From assembly GCA_948857205.1 (NCBI GenBank), contig CAQPRV010000107.1, positions 9,272 to 73,271 of the forward strand: a stretch of 64,000 bases of DNA, read 5' to 3'. The notes beneath the pieces are model-generated. The model was not told the DNA's origin and did no database searches. It saw only the letters and a program-made list of their open reading frames with translations. Position 1 is the stretch's first letter. Each line of letters starts with the position of its first letter. This DNA is from an uncultured Clostridia bacterium. GTDB taxonomy: Bacteria > Bacillota > Clostridia > TANB77 > CAG-508. Shown here piece by piece: positions 1-11,800 of the stretch. The translations under genes were made by a program, and so were the position numbers.

Positions 1-1
1 A

Positions 2-1312
2 AGTTGCAGAGTAACAGTATATACGCCAATTACAACACCAACAGTAGTACCAATAACAAAAATAAGCTTAAGTCCAACAAGTACTACAATAAAAAAAGGA
101 ACAAAGCTTAAAATAATAGCAACAATAAACCCAACAAATACAACACAAAGCAAAACAATAACATGGACAACAAGCAATAGTGCAGTAGCAACAGTAAGTT
201 CAATAGGAGAAGTAATAGCAAAAGGAAATGGAACAACAATAATTACTGCAAAAACAAGTAATGGAAAAACTGCAAGTTGCAGAGTAACAGTATATACACC
301 AACTACAACAACTCCACCAACACAAAATAAACCAACAACGCCAACAAAACCATCAACACCAAGTAAACCAACAACATCTACAAATACATCAACACAAAAA
401 GCAACACCTAGCATAAGTTATCGTACACATGTACAGAATATAGGATGGCAAAGTTATGTAAAAAATGGAAAAATGGCTGGAACAAGTGGAAGATGTCTAA
501 GACTTGAAGGAATCAATATAAAATTAGAAAATAATCAATATGGCGGAGGAATTAGTTACCAAACACATATACAAAATATAGGATGGCAAAAAAATGTACA
601 AAATGGAGCTATGTCAGGAACAAGTGGAAAATGTTTAAGACTTGAAGGGATTAAAATTAAATTAACAGGACAAATTGCAAATTATTATGATATATATTAT
701 AGAGTTCATTGTCAAAATGTTGGATGGTTAGATTGGGCAAAAAATGGAGAACCAGCAGGAAGTGAGGGATTTAGCTATCGTTTAGAAGGAATAGAAATTT
801 GTTTAGTGAAAAAAGGAGGAAAAGCACCAGGAAAGACAAATAGACATTTTGTTCAAAAGTATTTAAATTATCAAACACATGTACAAAATATAGGATGGCA
901 AAATAAAGTACAAGACAAAGAGATGTCTGGAACCTCTGGAAAATCACTTAGATTAGAAGGAATTAAGATAACTTTACAAAATAAACCATGTTCAGGAAAT
1001 ATAGAATATAGAACACATGTACAAAATATAGGTTGGCAAAACTTTGTTAAAAATGGAGCTATGTCAGGAACAAATGGAAGAAGCTTAAGACTAGAAGCAA
1101 TACAAATACGTTTAACAGGCGAAATAGCTAAAAAATATGATATATATTATAGAGTGCACTGTCAAAATTTTGGCTGGATGGGATGGGCAAAAAACGGTCA
1201 ATCAGCAGGAAGTGCAGGATATTGTTATAGATTAGAAGGAATAGAAATATGTTTAGTAGAAAAAGGTAGTAAAGCACCTGGAACTACAACTAATTGCTTT
1301 AGATCAAGATAG
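2..1312 (+). CDS. Cell-surface protein, 5'-partial: Big_2 (bacterial Ig-like) domain, Thr/Pro-rich linker, six ChW (clostridial hydrophobic W) repeats
   Basis: The frame is open from the window edge. ...ITAKTSNGKTASCRVTVY is Big_2-like and TPTTTTPPTQNKPTTPTKPSTP is a linker. Six repeats fit Y(R/Q)THVQNIGWQ / YRVHCQN(V/F)GW. Track ORF 473..1312 is only the part after an internal Met. Confidence 0.75.
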   Translation, partial: SCRVTVYTPITTPTVVPITKISLSPTSTTIKKGTKLKIIATINPTNTTQSKTITWTTSNSAVATVSSIGEVIAKGNGTTIITAKTSNGKTASCRVTVYTPTTTTPPTQNKPTTPTKPSTPSKPTTSTNTSTQKATPSISYRTHVQNIGWQSYVKNGKMAGTSGRCLRLEGINIKLENNQYGGGISYQTHIQNIGWQKNVQNGAMSGTSGKCLRLEGIKIKLTGQIANYYDIYYRVHCQNVGWLDWAKNGEPAGSEGFSYRLEGIEICLVKKGGKAPGKTNRHFVQKYLNYQTHVQNIGWQNKVQDKEMSGTSGKSLRLEGIKITLQNKPCSGNIEYRTHVQNIGWQNFVKNGAMSGTNGRSLRLEAIQIRLTGEIAKKYDIYYRVHCQNFGWMGWAKNGQSAGSAGYCYRLEGIEICLVEKGSKAPGTTTNCFRSR

Positions 1313-1328
1313 ATTTATTATTAATTTT

Positions 1329-1370
1329 AATAAAGGAAATTGAATTTATTCAATTTCCTTTATTTTTAAA
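1329..1370. terminator. Bidirectional hairpin between convergent genes
   Basis: Arms aataaaggaaattgaa / ttcaatttcctttatt, followed by a T-run. Confidence 0.6.
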
Positions 1371-1699
1371 TTATATTTATCTTCAAAAACTTTCTTTTTT
1401 GCTATATATTCTTTAGTTTTAAAACCTTTAACATCTATTACTTCTGTCGAACAGTCTTTATTAAATACAATAAAATCTGCTTTATACTTTAGACCAGGTG
1501 CTAAAATAAAAGTGGGTTGTAAACAGAAACCATTAATTTCCTGTGCTTGTAATCGTAGTTTTAATTCACAATAATAATCCGCTTCTTTTTGACTATCAAA
1601 GGTATGCCCATCAATAGATACTTTATTAGCTTTATATTTACTTTTTCTTTTTGTTCCATTAGTAAAATTTTTATAATCTTCAACACTCCAATGTTCCAT
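1346..1699 (-). CDS. DUF1064-family protein (phage-type PD-(D/E)xK-like nuclease fold)
   Basis: Pattern IDGHTFDSQKEADYYCELKLRL...EINGF..QP.F......KYKADF.V.......EVIDVKG matches my recollection of DUF1064. Confidence 0.65.
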   Translation of the reverse strand: MEHWSVEDYKNFTNGTKRKSKYKANKVSIDGHTFDSQKEADYYCELKLRLQAQEINGFCLQPTFILAPGLKYKADFIVFNKDCSTEVIDVKGFKTKEYIAKKKVFEDKYNLKIKEIE

Positions 1700-1885
1700 A
1701 ATTATCTTCTCCTAAGTTAAATTATCAATAGTTATTATATAGGAAAAATATAAAAACTGCAATAGTATTAAAATTTCAAGTTTCTACTTTTTGCAAGAAA
1801 AACTTGAATATTAGAATTAATAGGTATTTATAATACTTTGCACAGAAAAATTTTACTAACATAAAATAACATAGAGGTGTTTTAA

Positions 1886-2392
1886 ATGATAAAATATGAA
1901 GAATTAGAGCAGATATTGGCAAGAAATAGAAAAGTACCATATCCACCAGTTCCAAACTTATATCCAAATAAAAAATATGCAAACTTAATTTATGATAGTT
2001 TTGCAGGAAAAGAGGGAGAACTAACTGCGATAACACAATATATTTATGAACATATTGATTTTAAAGATAAAGAAGAAATTAGTAAAATATTATTAAGCAT
2101 AGCAATCGAAGAAATGCACCATATAGACATATTAGGAGAAATTCTAGTTAATCTAGGAGAAAAACCAATCTATAAGAGTTCAGAAGAAAAAGAATGGTGT
2201 GCACATAATGTAAAGTATAAAATTAAAGACCTAAAAGAAGCGATGAAAATCAATATTTGTTTAGAAGAGGAAGCAATATCAGGATATAAACAATTAATGA
2301 GATATACTAACAATGCATATTTAAGAAGAGTATATGAAAGAATTATTTTAGATGAAAAAACACATTTAGAAATCTTCAGAAAATTGATATAA
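1886..2392 (+). CDS. Ferritin-like (Mn-catalase/CotJC-related) domain protein
   Basis: GKEGELTAITQYIYEH and EEMHHIDILGE resemble the di-iron/di-Mn carboxylate helices of the CotJC/Mn-catalase family. Confidence 0.5.
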   Translation: MIKYEELEQILARNRKVPYPPVPNLYPNKKYANLIYDSFAGKEGELTAITQYIYEHIDFKDKEEISKILLSIAIEEMHHIDILGEILVNLGEKPIYKSSEEKEWCAHNVKYKIKDLKEAMKINICLEEEAISGYKQLMRYTNNAYLRRVYERIILDEKTHLEIFRKLI

Positions 2393-2402
2393 GAAAATAA
2401 AG

Positions 2403-2458
2403 TTACAAAGAAGAAGTGCTAATGAGCAATCAACCACTATAGCACCTTTTCTTTGTAA
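2403..2458 (+). terminator. Long stem-loop downstream of the ferritin-like gene
   Basis: Arms ttacaaagaagaagtgct / agcaccttttctttgtaa. Confidence 0.5.
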
Positions 2459-2541
2459 TTCTATATTTATGTATACGCATTGACAATAGATATTTTTCAT
2501 GTTTTAATAAAATACATAATATTTTTAATGGAGAAGTTTAT

Positions 2542-3237
2542 ATGATAAAGAAATATTTTGAAGACTGGAATAAATTTGAATTATTATTTTTATTATTTGG
2601 TTTGCTTTCTTCAATAATATCAGCTATCCTTTTCAAAGGTACAATTATTGATACTTTATACACCTCACTTTATCTAATTACCGCATTATTGATGTCAAAA
2701 GGGAAAGTAGAATGTTATTTTGTAGGTTTTGTTAGTGTATTTTTTTATGGAATAGTATCATATAATCAAGGATACTATGGGGAATTAATTATTACTATAT
2801 TTTTAACCTTTCCTATAATGATATTAGGTATAATATCTTGGTTAAAGCATCAAGATAAAGATGGAGATACAGTTATTATAAGTTCATTATCAAAAAAAGA
2901 AATAACTATTGTATTACTTTCTCAATTAATATTGTTTTGGTTATATTATTTTATATTAAAAGCATTTAATACTGAATTATTAGTAATAAGTTCATTCTCT
3001 GTTGTAACAAGTGTTTTAGCTAGTTATTTTGAAGCAAGAAGAAGTGAATTGTCATTACTATGTTATGTAGCAAATGATTTAGTTATAATAACCTTATGGC
3101 TAATTCCAATTATTAATGGTCAAACTGAATTAATATCAGTTTTAGTTGGACCTATATTATTATTAATAAATGATATTTATGGAAGCTATAATTGGAAAAG
3201 ACTGAAGAAAAAACAAAAAGAAAAGGGAATCAATTAA
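2542..3237 (+). CDS. PnuC-like nicotinamide riboside/NMN transporter family membrane protein
   Basis: About 230 aa and multi-TM. It has N-terminal W..FE, YGIVSY..G.YGE and a Trp-containing C-terminus, as in the PnuC family. Confidence 0.55.
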   Translation: MIKKYFEDWNKFELLFLLFGLLSSIISAILFKGTIIDTLYTSLYLITALLMSKGKVECYFVGFVSVFFYGIVSYNQGYYGELIITIFLTFPIMILGIISWLKHQDKDGDTVIISSLSKKEITIVLLSQLILFWLYYFILKAFNTELLVISSFSVVTSVLASYFEARRSELSLLCYVANDLVIITLWLIPIINGQTELISVLVGPILLLINDIYGSYNWKRLKKKQKEKGIN

Positions 3238-3326
3238 TCACATTTCCCATTTTATTATATAACATCCACATAAAATTATAACTTAAAACTATAAGCTAAT
3301 TAATCTATTAAAGCATTTATATCATT

Positions 3327-3381
3327 AAAAAACTACTATAATAACATTTAAGATTTCTTAAATATTGTTATAGTAGTTTTT
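3327..3381. terminator. Bidirectional terminator between convergent pnuC-like and ATPase genes
   Basis: 14-bp perfect arms aaaaactactataa / ttatagtagttttt. Confidence 0.6.
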
Positions 3382-3396
3382 GATACATTTAATTTA

Positions 3397-5658
3397 TTAT
3401 CCTAAATAAATATTAAAGAAGGAGCTAAAAATAGTTATTCCAACAATAAATAAAATTATCATAGAAATTGCAAGTATTAATCTATATATAGATATAGGTA
3501 ATTTTGTATCTTCACTTTTTCTAGCTGGAATAAAGGTAAGCAATAATCCTAATCCACAAATACCAGTTGTAATAACACATAAACTAGAGAAGTATTGTTC
3601 AGGAAGTATATTATATTTTTTTAGCATTACTAATATAAATATGCTTATAACAACAGTTAGACCTGTGGGCAAAGCTTTTGATATTACATTTTTTAAGAAA
3701 TCTCCTTTTATTTTTTCTTTATTAGGTTCTAAGGCTAACATGAAAGAAGGAACACCAATTGTTACTAAACTAATTAAGCTTAGTTGTATTGGAATAAAAG
3801 GATATTCTTCTTGTATAAATAAAAACATTAATGCAAGTAGAGAAGAATATATTGTTTTTACTAAAAACAAAGATGCAGATCTTTGAATATTATTAATTGT
3901 ACGTCTTCCTTCAGCAACTATTTTTGGCATAGATGAAAAGTTTGAATCTAATAATACTAATTTTGATATGTTTTTGGTTGCATCGCTACCATTTGCCATT
4001 GCTATACTACAATCAGCTTCTTTTAATGCTAAAACATCATTAACACCATCACCAGTCATAGCTACTGTTTTTCCATTTTCTTGTAAGGCTTGTATTAGTT
4101 CTTTTTTTTGTGTAGGTGATACTCTTCCAAAAATACAATATTTTATGGCTAGGTCTTTTAGCTTTGTAGTTTTGTCTAAAGTAGACATATCAATATATTT
4201 ATCCGAATTTTTAATACCAACTCTTTTGGCTATTTTAGATACTGTAATAGGGTTGTCTCCAGATATTATTTTAACTTCAACACCTTGTTTGTAGAAATAT
4301 TTAATAGTATTTGTGGCTTCTTTTCTAATTTTGTCTAATATAAAAACATATCCAATTAATTCAATACCTTGAGGAAGGTTATTTTTTTCATCAAAATTAT
4401 TTTTACTGTGGGCTACAACTAAAACACGATAATCCTTTGAATAGTTTTCTATATCTTCTTTATATTGTGCATATTGTTCTTTTAGAATAAATTCAGGTGC
4501 ACCAATTATATATGTACCAGTTTCTTTAAAGTTTATTCCAGACCATTTGGTTTCTGATGAAAAGGCTACTTTTTTATTAGGAGTATATTGATCTTTTATA
4601 TTACAAAATTTATTTTTAATTGCCATTATAGTTGAATTTTCATCTTCTGAAAATTTTGCTATATTTGATAATATATTTTCTAAATGTTTTTTATCATTTT
4701 CTATTGAGATGTAGTCTTTTACTTCCATAGTTCCTTCTGTTAAAGTACCAGTTTTATCTAAACATAAGGTATCAACTCTTGCTAAAGTTTCAATACAATA
4801 TAAATCTTGAACTAAAACTTTTGATTTAGATAATCTTGTAATACTTACTGCTAATACAGTACTTGTTAAGAGAACAAGACCCTCTGGAATCATACCTATT
4901 AATGCAGCTACAGTTTTAACTACTGCTTCTTTAAAAGTTGCATTATCTAAATGTAGCTGGCTATAAAATAAAGCAATACCAATTGGTATAATAGCAAAAG
5001 ATAAGAATTTGATTATTTTATTTAAAGAAAGCATTATTTCTGATTTTGTATTTTTCATTATTTTAGCACCACTTGAAATTTGTGCAGTATAATTCTCATT
5101 TCCAATATGTTCTACTTTTGCAAGGCATTTACCACTTATTATATAACTTCCAGATAAAATCATATCACCACTTTTTTTTGTGATGCTATCAGGTTCGCCA
5201 GTAATGTAGGCTTCATTAACTAGTACTGTACCAGATTTAACAATTGAGTCAGTTGCTACTTGATTTCCAGTAGAAAATTCTAAAAGGTCATCAAGAACAA
5301 TATTATTGATTTCAATTTGTTCTTTTTTACCATTTCTAAGTACTTTTGCTTTATTACTTGCCATTATTGACAATTTATCAATTGCTCTTTTGGAGTGTAT
5401 TTCTTGAATTGTGCTAATTGCTGTATTTATTATTATAATTAATAAAAATGTCATGTTTTTATAAGATTTAACACTAAATATTGCAATAGCAAATATCAAA
5501 TTTAAAAAGTTAAATAGTGTAAAAAAGTTTTCGAATAAAATTTGTTTGATGGATTTAGTGGGGATAGAGGTATCATAATTGATAAGCTTGTTTTCTATCC
5601 TATTTTTGACTTGTTTATCAGTTAAACCAATTTCTATATTCGGCTCATATCTTTCCAT
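3397..5658 (-). CDS. Cation-translocating P-type ATPase (P2-like, HAD-IC family)
   Basis: DKTGTLTEG phosphorylation motif, TGEPD, MTGDGVNDVLALKEAD hinge, about 10 TM segments. Confidence 0.9.
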   Translation of the reverse strand: MERYEPNIEIGLTDKQVKNRIENKLINYDTSIPTKSIKQILFENFFTLFNFLNLIFAIAIFSVKSYKNMTFLLIIIINTAISTIQEIHSKRAIDKLSIMASNKAKVLRNGKKEQIEINNIVLDDLLEFSTGNQVATDSIVKSGTVLVNEAYITGEPDSITKKSGDMILSGSYIISGKCLAKVEHIGNENYTAQISSGAKIMKNTKSEIMLSLNKIIKFLSFAIIPIGIALFYSQLHLDNATFKEAVVKTVAALIGMIPEGLVLLTSTVLAVSITRLSKSKVLVQDLYCIETLARVDTLCLDKTGTLTEGTMEVKDYISIENDKKHLENILSNIAKFSEDENSTIMAIKNKFCNIKDQYTPNKKVAFSSETKWSGINFKETGTYIIGAPEFILKEQYAQYKEDIENYSKDYRVLVVAHSKNNFDEKNNLPQGIELIGYVFILDKIRKEATNTIKYFYKQGVEVKIISGDNPITVSKIAKRVGIKNSDKYIDMSTLDKTTKLKDLAIKYCIFGRVSPTQKKELIQALQENGKTVAMTGDGVNDVLALKEADCSIAMANGSDATKNISKLVLLDSNFSSMPKIVAEGRRTINNIQRSASLFLVKTIYSSLLALMFLFIQEEYPFIPIQLSLISLVTIGVPSFMLALEPNKEKIKGDFLKNVISKALPTGLTVVISIFILVMLKKYNILPEQYFSSLCVITTGICGLGLLLTFIPARKSEDTKLPISIYRLILAISMIILFIVGITIFSSFFNIYLG

Positions 5659-6099
5659 TTCTTAAGCTCCTTTTATAGTGTGACATTGTGAAAGTAGTTT
5701 TGTCACAGTTGTTTAGTTTCTTTATGGATTTTACCATATTGATTTTTAAAAGTCTAGGAAAGTTTCTTACTTAATTTTTTTTTAAGAATTATAAGTTACA
5801 TTTAATCATTTTAAAGAAAAATAAGTAAAAAAGTATTATAATATCTAAAAAGTACAAAAAAAAATTTAAAATTATGTAAAATTATAGTATAATATACTTA
5901 TATCATTTTTTTTTGAGAAAATAGGAAAGATTAATGTAAAAATTTTTTGAATAAGCCATTAATAAAATGAGCACACAATAAGGACAAAGCTTTATACTTT
6001 GTCCTTATTTAAGTTGATTGTCATAACATGCTTGTGAAATATCAATAATAATGATAAAATAACATAAAAAAAACATTATTAGAAGGAGAAACTAATGAA

Positions 6100-6534
6100 A
6101 TGGAAGAATCATATAAAGATGGATTAGCAGAAGTTGATGAAATATTAAAATATGCGAATAAAGAATCTTTAGATAAAATACCAAAAGATTTCAAAAAATT
6201 TATAAAAGAAAATAAATCAAATTATAAAGCAAATATTAATCCTGAAAAAGATTTAGCTGAGCAAAATTTATTATATGAAACAAAAGTAATTTTATCGGTC
6301 TTATATAGAGATTATTGGTCATCAGAAGATGAAAGAAAAATAATAATTTCTAAAGAAAAAGAAGAATTAAAAAATAAAGAGAGAGAGAAAATAGAAAAAT
6401 ATAATAAGAATAATTTATTTAAAAACAAAAAGGACAATAGTTATGAAGAAATAAGAATTTTAGTAAAAGAAGAAAATATAGTACAAAAGATTTTAAATAA
6501 AATAAAAAGATTTTTCAAGTTAGGTGATAGATAA
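6100..6534 (+). CDS. Hypothetical Lys/Glu-rich protein, translationally coupled to the amidoligase gene
   Basis: GGAG Shine-Dalgarno upstream. The stop lies 3 nt before the next ATG. No recognisable domain. Confidence 0.5.
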   Translation: MEESYKDGLAEVDEILKYANKESLDKIPKDFKKFIKENKSNYKANINPEKDLAEQNLLYETKVILSVLYRDYWSSEDERKIIISKEKEELKNKEREKIEKYNKNNLFKNKKDNSYEEIRILVKEENIVQKILNKIKRFFKLGDR

Positions 6535-6537
6535 AAT

Positions 6538-7668
6538 ATGGATATTAGTGAAATATATAAGTTAACTGATGAAGAAAAGAAAAAATATATGCATCTTTTT
6601 GATTATAAAGAACAATTATTAATTGTTTGTTCCTTAAAAGATAAAAATAAATTTAAAGATTTTGGTATTATTCCAGATGAAATTTATAAGAAAACCTTAG
6701 ATATACCCAAGGATATGACAATAGGTGTTGAATTAGAAGCAGAAGGAAAATATGCAACTTCTATTAGAACAATCGGAAAAATATTAGATGGTTGGACAGT
6801 AAAAGAAGATACAACTTTAGATGATGGAGTTGAAATAACTAGTCCTATAATGCACATGACAGAAGATGATAGATATGAATTAGCAACTGTATGTAAAGTT
6901 ATGCAAGAACTAGGATTAGAGATAAAGGAAACATGTGGAGGACATATTCATATTGGTGCAGACTATTTTGGAAAAAATTATAAGGCATGGGAAAACTTTT
7001 ATAGAATTAATAATGAAGGTGAAGAAATTATATATAAAATGGTCAATAAAGTTAACGAAGAGCCAAGATTTATTATGACTGTAGCAGCAATAAGTAGTGA
7101 ATATGAAATTTCTCAAATGTTTGAAAATGGAGAAGTTACTATTGAGACAGAAGAAGATTTTAATAGATTAATGGAAAGAATGCAAAATACTAGAAATAGA
7201 GGTGTTAATGTTAAAAATATAAAAGAAAATGGAATAAATACAATAGAGTTTAGAATGCCAAATGGAACAATAGATATAAAGGTAATTAGAGAAAATATAC
7301 GATTATTTAGTCAAATTATGAAAGTCTCAAAACAAATGTCTTACAATTCAAAATACAAAAAACATGAATTTGAAATTTTGAAAAAACATGATTTAACAGA
7401 AAGAGAAAAAGTGGAAAGTCTATTAAATTTATTATTTGATAAGGAAGAAGAAAAAGATATATATAGGAAACGTTGGGATAGTGTTAAAGATGTAAAGTTG
7501 TTTGAAATGATAAAGGCAGAAAATCCTACCTTTAAAAGAGGAGACTATTCTATGAGAGAACAAACAGCTTTTACTATAGAAGAAACACATGCAGAAGATA
7601 GAATAAAGTTAATTAACATGATAAAACGAATTATAGGTTCATTAGAAAATGAAAATTATCGTAATTAA
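6538..7668 (+). CDS. Putative amidoligase (Amidoligase_2 family, glutamine-synthetase-like fold)
   Basis: GVELEAEG ... W.VKEDTTLDDGVEITSP ... CGGHIHIG ... NTIEFRMPNGT match the conserved blocks of the family. Confidence 0.65.
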   Translation: MDISEIYKLTDEEKKKYMHLFDYKEQLLIVCSLKDKNKFKDFGIIPDEIYKKTLDIPKDMTIGVELEAEGKYATSIRTIGKILDGWTVKEDTTLDDGVEITSPIMHMTEDDRYELATVCKVMQELGLEIKETCGGHIHIGADYFGKNYKAWENFYRINNEGEEIIYKMVNKVNEEPRFIMTVAAISSEYEISQMFENGEVTIETEEDFNRLMERMQNTRNRGVNVKNIKENGINTIEFRMPNGTIDIKVIRENIRLFSQIMKVSKQMSYNSKYKKHEFEILKKHDLTEREKVESLLNLLFDKEEEKDIYRKRWDSVKDVKLFEMIKAENPTFKRGDYSMREQTAFTIEETHAEDRIKLINMIKRIIGSLENENYRN

Positions 7669-7728
7669 TATTTTGATATTATTTAAAAAGTGATATAAAA
7701 TAAAGAAAAAAGTAAAGAGAGGTAAAAA

Positions 7729-8796
7729 ATGAAGAGCAAATATTTAGAAAATCTAAAAGAAGAAGTAAAGGAATATTTTAAAATATTATCACCAGAATTT
7801 CCAACATGGTTAGAAGAATATATAGACACACCAGAAATGCAAAGAATAAATGGAATAAGTTTAAATTGTGGCACAGATTATACAAAAATATTTAATATTA
7901 AATACTGGTACTCAAATTTAGACCATAGTATTGGAGTAGCACTAATAGTATGGAATTTTACAAAAGATAAAAAACAAACACTAGCAGGATTATTTCATGA
8001 CATAGCAACGCCCACCTTTAAACATGTTATAGATTTTATGAATGGGGATTACGAAAATCAAGAATCAACTGAAGAAAGAACAGAAACTATAATAAGAAAC
8101 TCAAAAGAAATAATGAAACTATTAAATAGAGACAAAATTAAAATAGAAGAAGTATCAGATTATCATATATATCCAATTGCAGATAATGACACACCAAAAT
8201 TAAGTGCAGATAGATTTGAATACAATTTTTCAAGTGGATTAACCTTCAAAAGGGTATGGGATTTAGAAAAAATAAGAGAAATATATAATAATATAACAAT
8301 TTTAAAAAATGAAGAAGGTATTGAAGAATTAGGCTTTAAAGATTATAAAATTTGTGAAAAATATATAAATATAGTATCAAAATTATGGCCAAAATGGATA
8401 TGCGACGAGGATAGAACCAGTATGCAATTTTTAGCTGATATTGTAAAATCTATGAATATAAAAGGTTATTTAACAATAAATGATTTATACAATTTATCAG
8501 AAAAAGAAGTTATAAATAAAATCCTAAACTGTGAAGATGAATATATAAGAGAAAATTTTATTAAATTTCAAAATGCAACAACAGTATATGGAAGCGACAC
8601 TCCAATAAACGATAAATATTGTATAAATATAAAAGCAAAAAAGAGATATGTAGTACCCTTAGCAATACATAACAATAAAACACAAAGAATAAATGAAATT
8701 TCAGAATCAGCCAAAAAGGATATAGAAGAATACTTAAATATTAAACATTATAAATACACAGGTTTTAATTTTTATTTTAAACCATATAGTAGATAA
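7729..8796 (+). CDS. HD-domain phosphohydrolase
   Basis: LDHSIGVA ... LAGLFHDIATPTFKH (His...His-Asp metal ligands). Confidence 0.7.
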   Translation: MKSKYLENLKEEVKEYFKILSPEFPTWLEEYIDTPEMQRINGISLNCGTDYTKIFNIKYWYSNLDHSIGVALIVWNFTKDKKQTLAGLFHDIATPTFKHVIDFMNGDYENQESTEERTETIIRNSKEIMKLLNRDKIKIEEVSDYHIYPIADNDTPKLSADRFEYNFSSGLTFKRVWDLEKIREIYNNITILKNEEGIEELGFKDYKICEKYINIVSKLWPKWICDEDRTSMQFLADIVKSMNIKGYLTINDLYNLSEKEVINKILNCEDEYIRENFIKFQNATTVYGSDTPINDKYCINIKAKKRYVVPLAIHNNKTQRINEISESAKKDIEEYLNIKHYKYTGFNFYFKPYSR

Positions 8797-8828
8797 ATAA
8801 ACAATAATAAGAAATAGGAGAACAAAAA

Positions 8829-11800
8829 ATGAAATGGACAAAGGAGCAAGAACAAGCAATATATGAAAAAAACTCAAATATACTAGTTGCAGCAGCAGCT
8901 GGTAGTGGTAAAACCGCTGTACTAGTAGAAAGAATAATACATAAAATAATTGATGAAAAAATAGACATAGACAAACTACTTGTAGTAACCTTTACAAATG
9001 CAACAGCGTCTGAAATGAGAGAAAGAATATTAGATGCAATATATAAAAAAATAGATGAAGATCCAGACAATCTAAATTTACAAAGACAAATAACCTTATT
9101 AAATAAAGCTAGTATATGTACTATAGACTCCTTTTGTTTAGATATAGTTAGAAACTATTTTTATGAACTAGAAAATGTATCACCAAACTTTAGAATAGGA
9201 GACACAACAGAAATTGAATTATTAAAACAAGAAGTTATAGAGGAAATATTCGAAAAAAAGTACGAAGAAGAAGACGAAGCTTTTACAAAACTAATAAACA
9301 CCTACACAAGTTATAGAGATGATACGCCACTAAAAGAAATTATCCTAAAAATATACAATTATATACAAAGTAATCCCTTTCCTGAAAAATGGTTAAAAGA
9401 AAAAATTGAGATGTTTAATTTAAAAGACATAAATAATGAAGATTTTAGTAATACAATATGGGGAGAAGAACTACTAAAAGAAGTAGAAGAAGAATTAATA
9501 GATGATATAACAACTTTACAAGAGGTAGAAAAGAGTTTATCTTATGATCCAGAGCTAGATAAATTCCAAAAAATAATAAGAAGTGACATAGACATGTTAC
9601 AAAACCTAAATAAAAATTTAGACAACTGGGATAAAGCCTATGAAATTAGTCAGAATATCAGCTTTATAACTTGGTCAAGAAAGAAAGTAGAATCTCAAAT
9701 AAAAGATGAAGCAAAAATCATTAGAGATAATGTAAAGCAAAAATATAGTAAAGTAATAGGCAAAATATTAATATGTAATTCAAGAGAAGCAAAACAAGAT
9801 ATAGTAGACATGTACAGTACCTTACAAAAATTAGAAAACATCATTATAGAATTTCAAAAAGAATTTTCAAAAAGAAAAAGAGAAAAAAACCTTGTAGACT
9901 TTAATGATATTGAACATTTTGCATTAAAAATATTATTAAAAGAAGTAGATGGCAAAATTGAACCAACACAAGTTGCAAAAAAATATAAAGAAACTTATGC
10001 AGAAATAGCAATAGATGAATACCAAGATAGTAATTTAGTACAAGAATATATTTTAAATGCAGTATCAAAAGGAAAAAATATTTTTATGGTAGGTGACGTA
10101 AAACAAAGTATATATAAATTTAGACAAGCAAGACCAGAATTATTTTTAGAAAAATATGAAAACTATAAAACCATAGAAAACAAAAAAGAAAACGAAGATT
10201 TAAAAATAAAACTATTCAAAAATTTTAGAAGTAGGGATAAGGTATTAAAATTTACAAATGAAATTTTTCAAAATATAATGAGTAGTTTATTAGGAGATAT
10301 AGAATATAATCAAGAAGAATATTTAAATTTAGGAGCAGACTATACAACAATAGAACAAAACTTAAATATAGAGCTTGATATAATAGACTTAAAACAAGAT
10401 GAAGAAGAAACAAAAGAAGAATTTGAAGAAACAGAAGAAGGTGAAGAAAAAGAAGAACAAGAAAGAATAGAAGATGTTGAATTAGAAGCAAGATTTGTAG
10501 CAAACAAAATAAAAAATCTAATAGAAAATAAATTTCAAATTTGGGATGGAAAGAAAAATAAATATAGAGATATCCAATATAAAGATATAGTAATACTATT
10601 AAGATCAACATCAAATATTGCACCAGTTTATGAACAAGAAATAATACATTTAGACATGCCAGTATTTTCGGATAGTTCTCAAGAATATTTAGCTTCTATA
10701 GAAATACAAACAATTATGAGTTTGCTAAAAATAATAGATAATCCAATACAAGACCTTCCTTTAGTAACAGTATTAAGGTCAAATATAGGAAAATTTACAG
10801 ATGATGAACTAGTAGAAATTAGATTATCAGATAAATATGACAATTTTTATACTTGTATGCAAAAAGCAAAAATGGATGTAGATATAAAGCTAAAAAATAA
10901 AATACAGAACTTTTTTGACTTATTATCAAAATGGAGAAAAGAACAAGAATATCTAGCCTTAGATGAGTTGATTTGGAAAATTTATCTAGATACTGGATAT
11001 TACAATTATGTAGGATTAATGCCAAATGGATCTTTAAGACAAGCAAATTTAAAAATGTTATTTCAAAGAGCAAAGCAATATGAAAGTAGCAATTTTAAAG
11101 GATTATATAATTTTATTAATTTTATAGAAAAACTAAAATTAAGTAGTGGAGATTTAGGAGCAGCAAAATTAATTGGTGAAAATGATAATGTAATTAGAAT
11201 AATGAGTATTCATAAAAGTAAGGGCTTGGAATTTCCAGTAGTATTTTTGTCAAGGACAAGTAAGCAATTTAATTTAAAGGACTTAAATCAGAACATATTA
11301 TTACATCAAGACATGGGAATAGGTGTTAAATATATTGATTATGAAAAACAAGTACAATATGATACTTTAACAAAGGTAGCTTTGAAAAATAAGATATTAG
11401 TTGAAACTATGTCAGAAGAAATGAGAATTTTATATGTTGCTTTAACTAGAGCAAAAGAAAAATTGTTTATTACAGGGTTAACTAAAGCCTATGACAAAGA
11501 AATAGAGAAAATAGAACAACAAGTAAATCAATATCCAAAATGCCAAAATAAAATTAATCCTATTTTAGTAAAAAAATATAAAAAATATTTAGATTGGATA
11601 TTGCTTGTATATCAATATGGAAAAGATACAATTAAGGATATAGTGGATTTAAAAGTATATGATAAAAAAGAATTAACGAGTTCTTTTAAAAGTTTTGAGA
11701 AAAAAGAAATTGATGTAATAAGCTTATTAGACAATTATAGATTAGATGAAGATAGAATAAAAGATATATCAAAAACTATAAATTGGAGTTATGCTCATAA

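Noticed and set aside
1-470. Apparent tandem aca/cca repeats and a duplicated 'gcaagttgcagagtaacagtatata' segment
   Set aside because: This is in-frame coding sequence: Big_2 domain ends and a Thr/Pro-rich linker of the ChW protein. It is not a non-coding repeat array or CRISPR.
5977-6009. Orphan 13-bp hairpin (aataaggacaaag/ctttgtccttatt) in the 440-nt gene-free region upstream of the ATPase and amidoligase units
   Set aside because: There is no clear T-run on either strand and no associated promoter or ORF. It could be an sRNA terminator, but the evidence is too thin.
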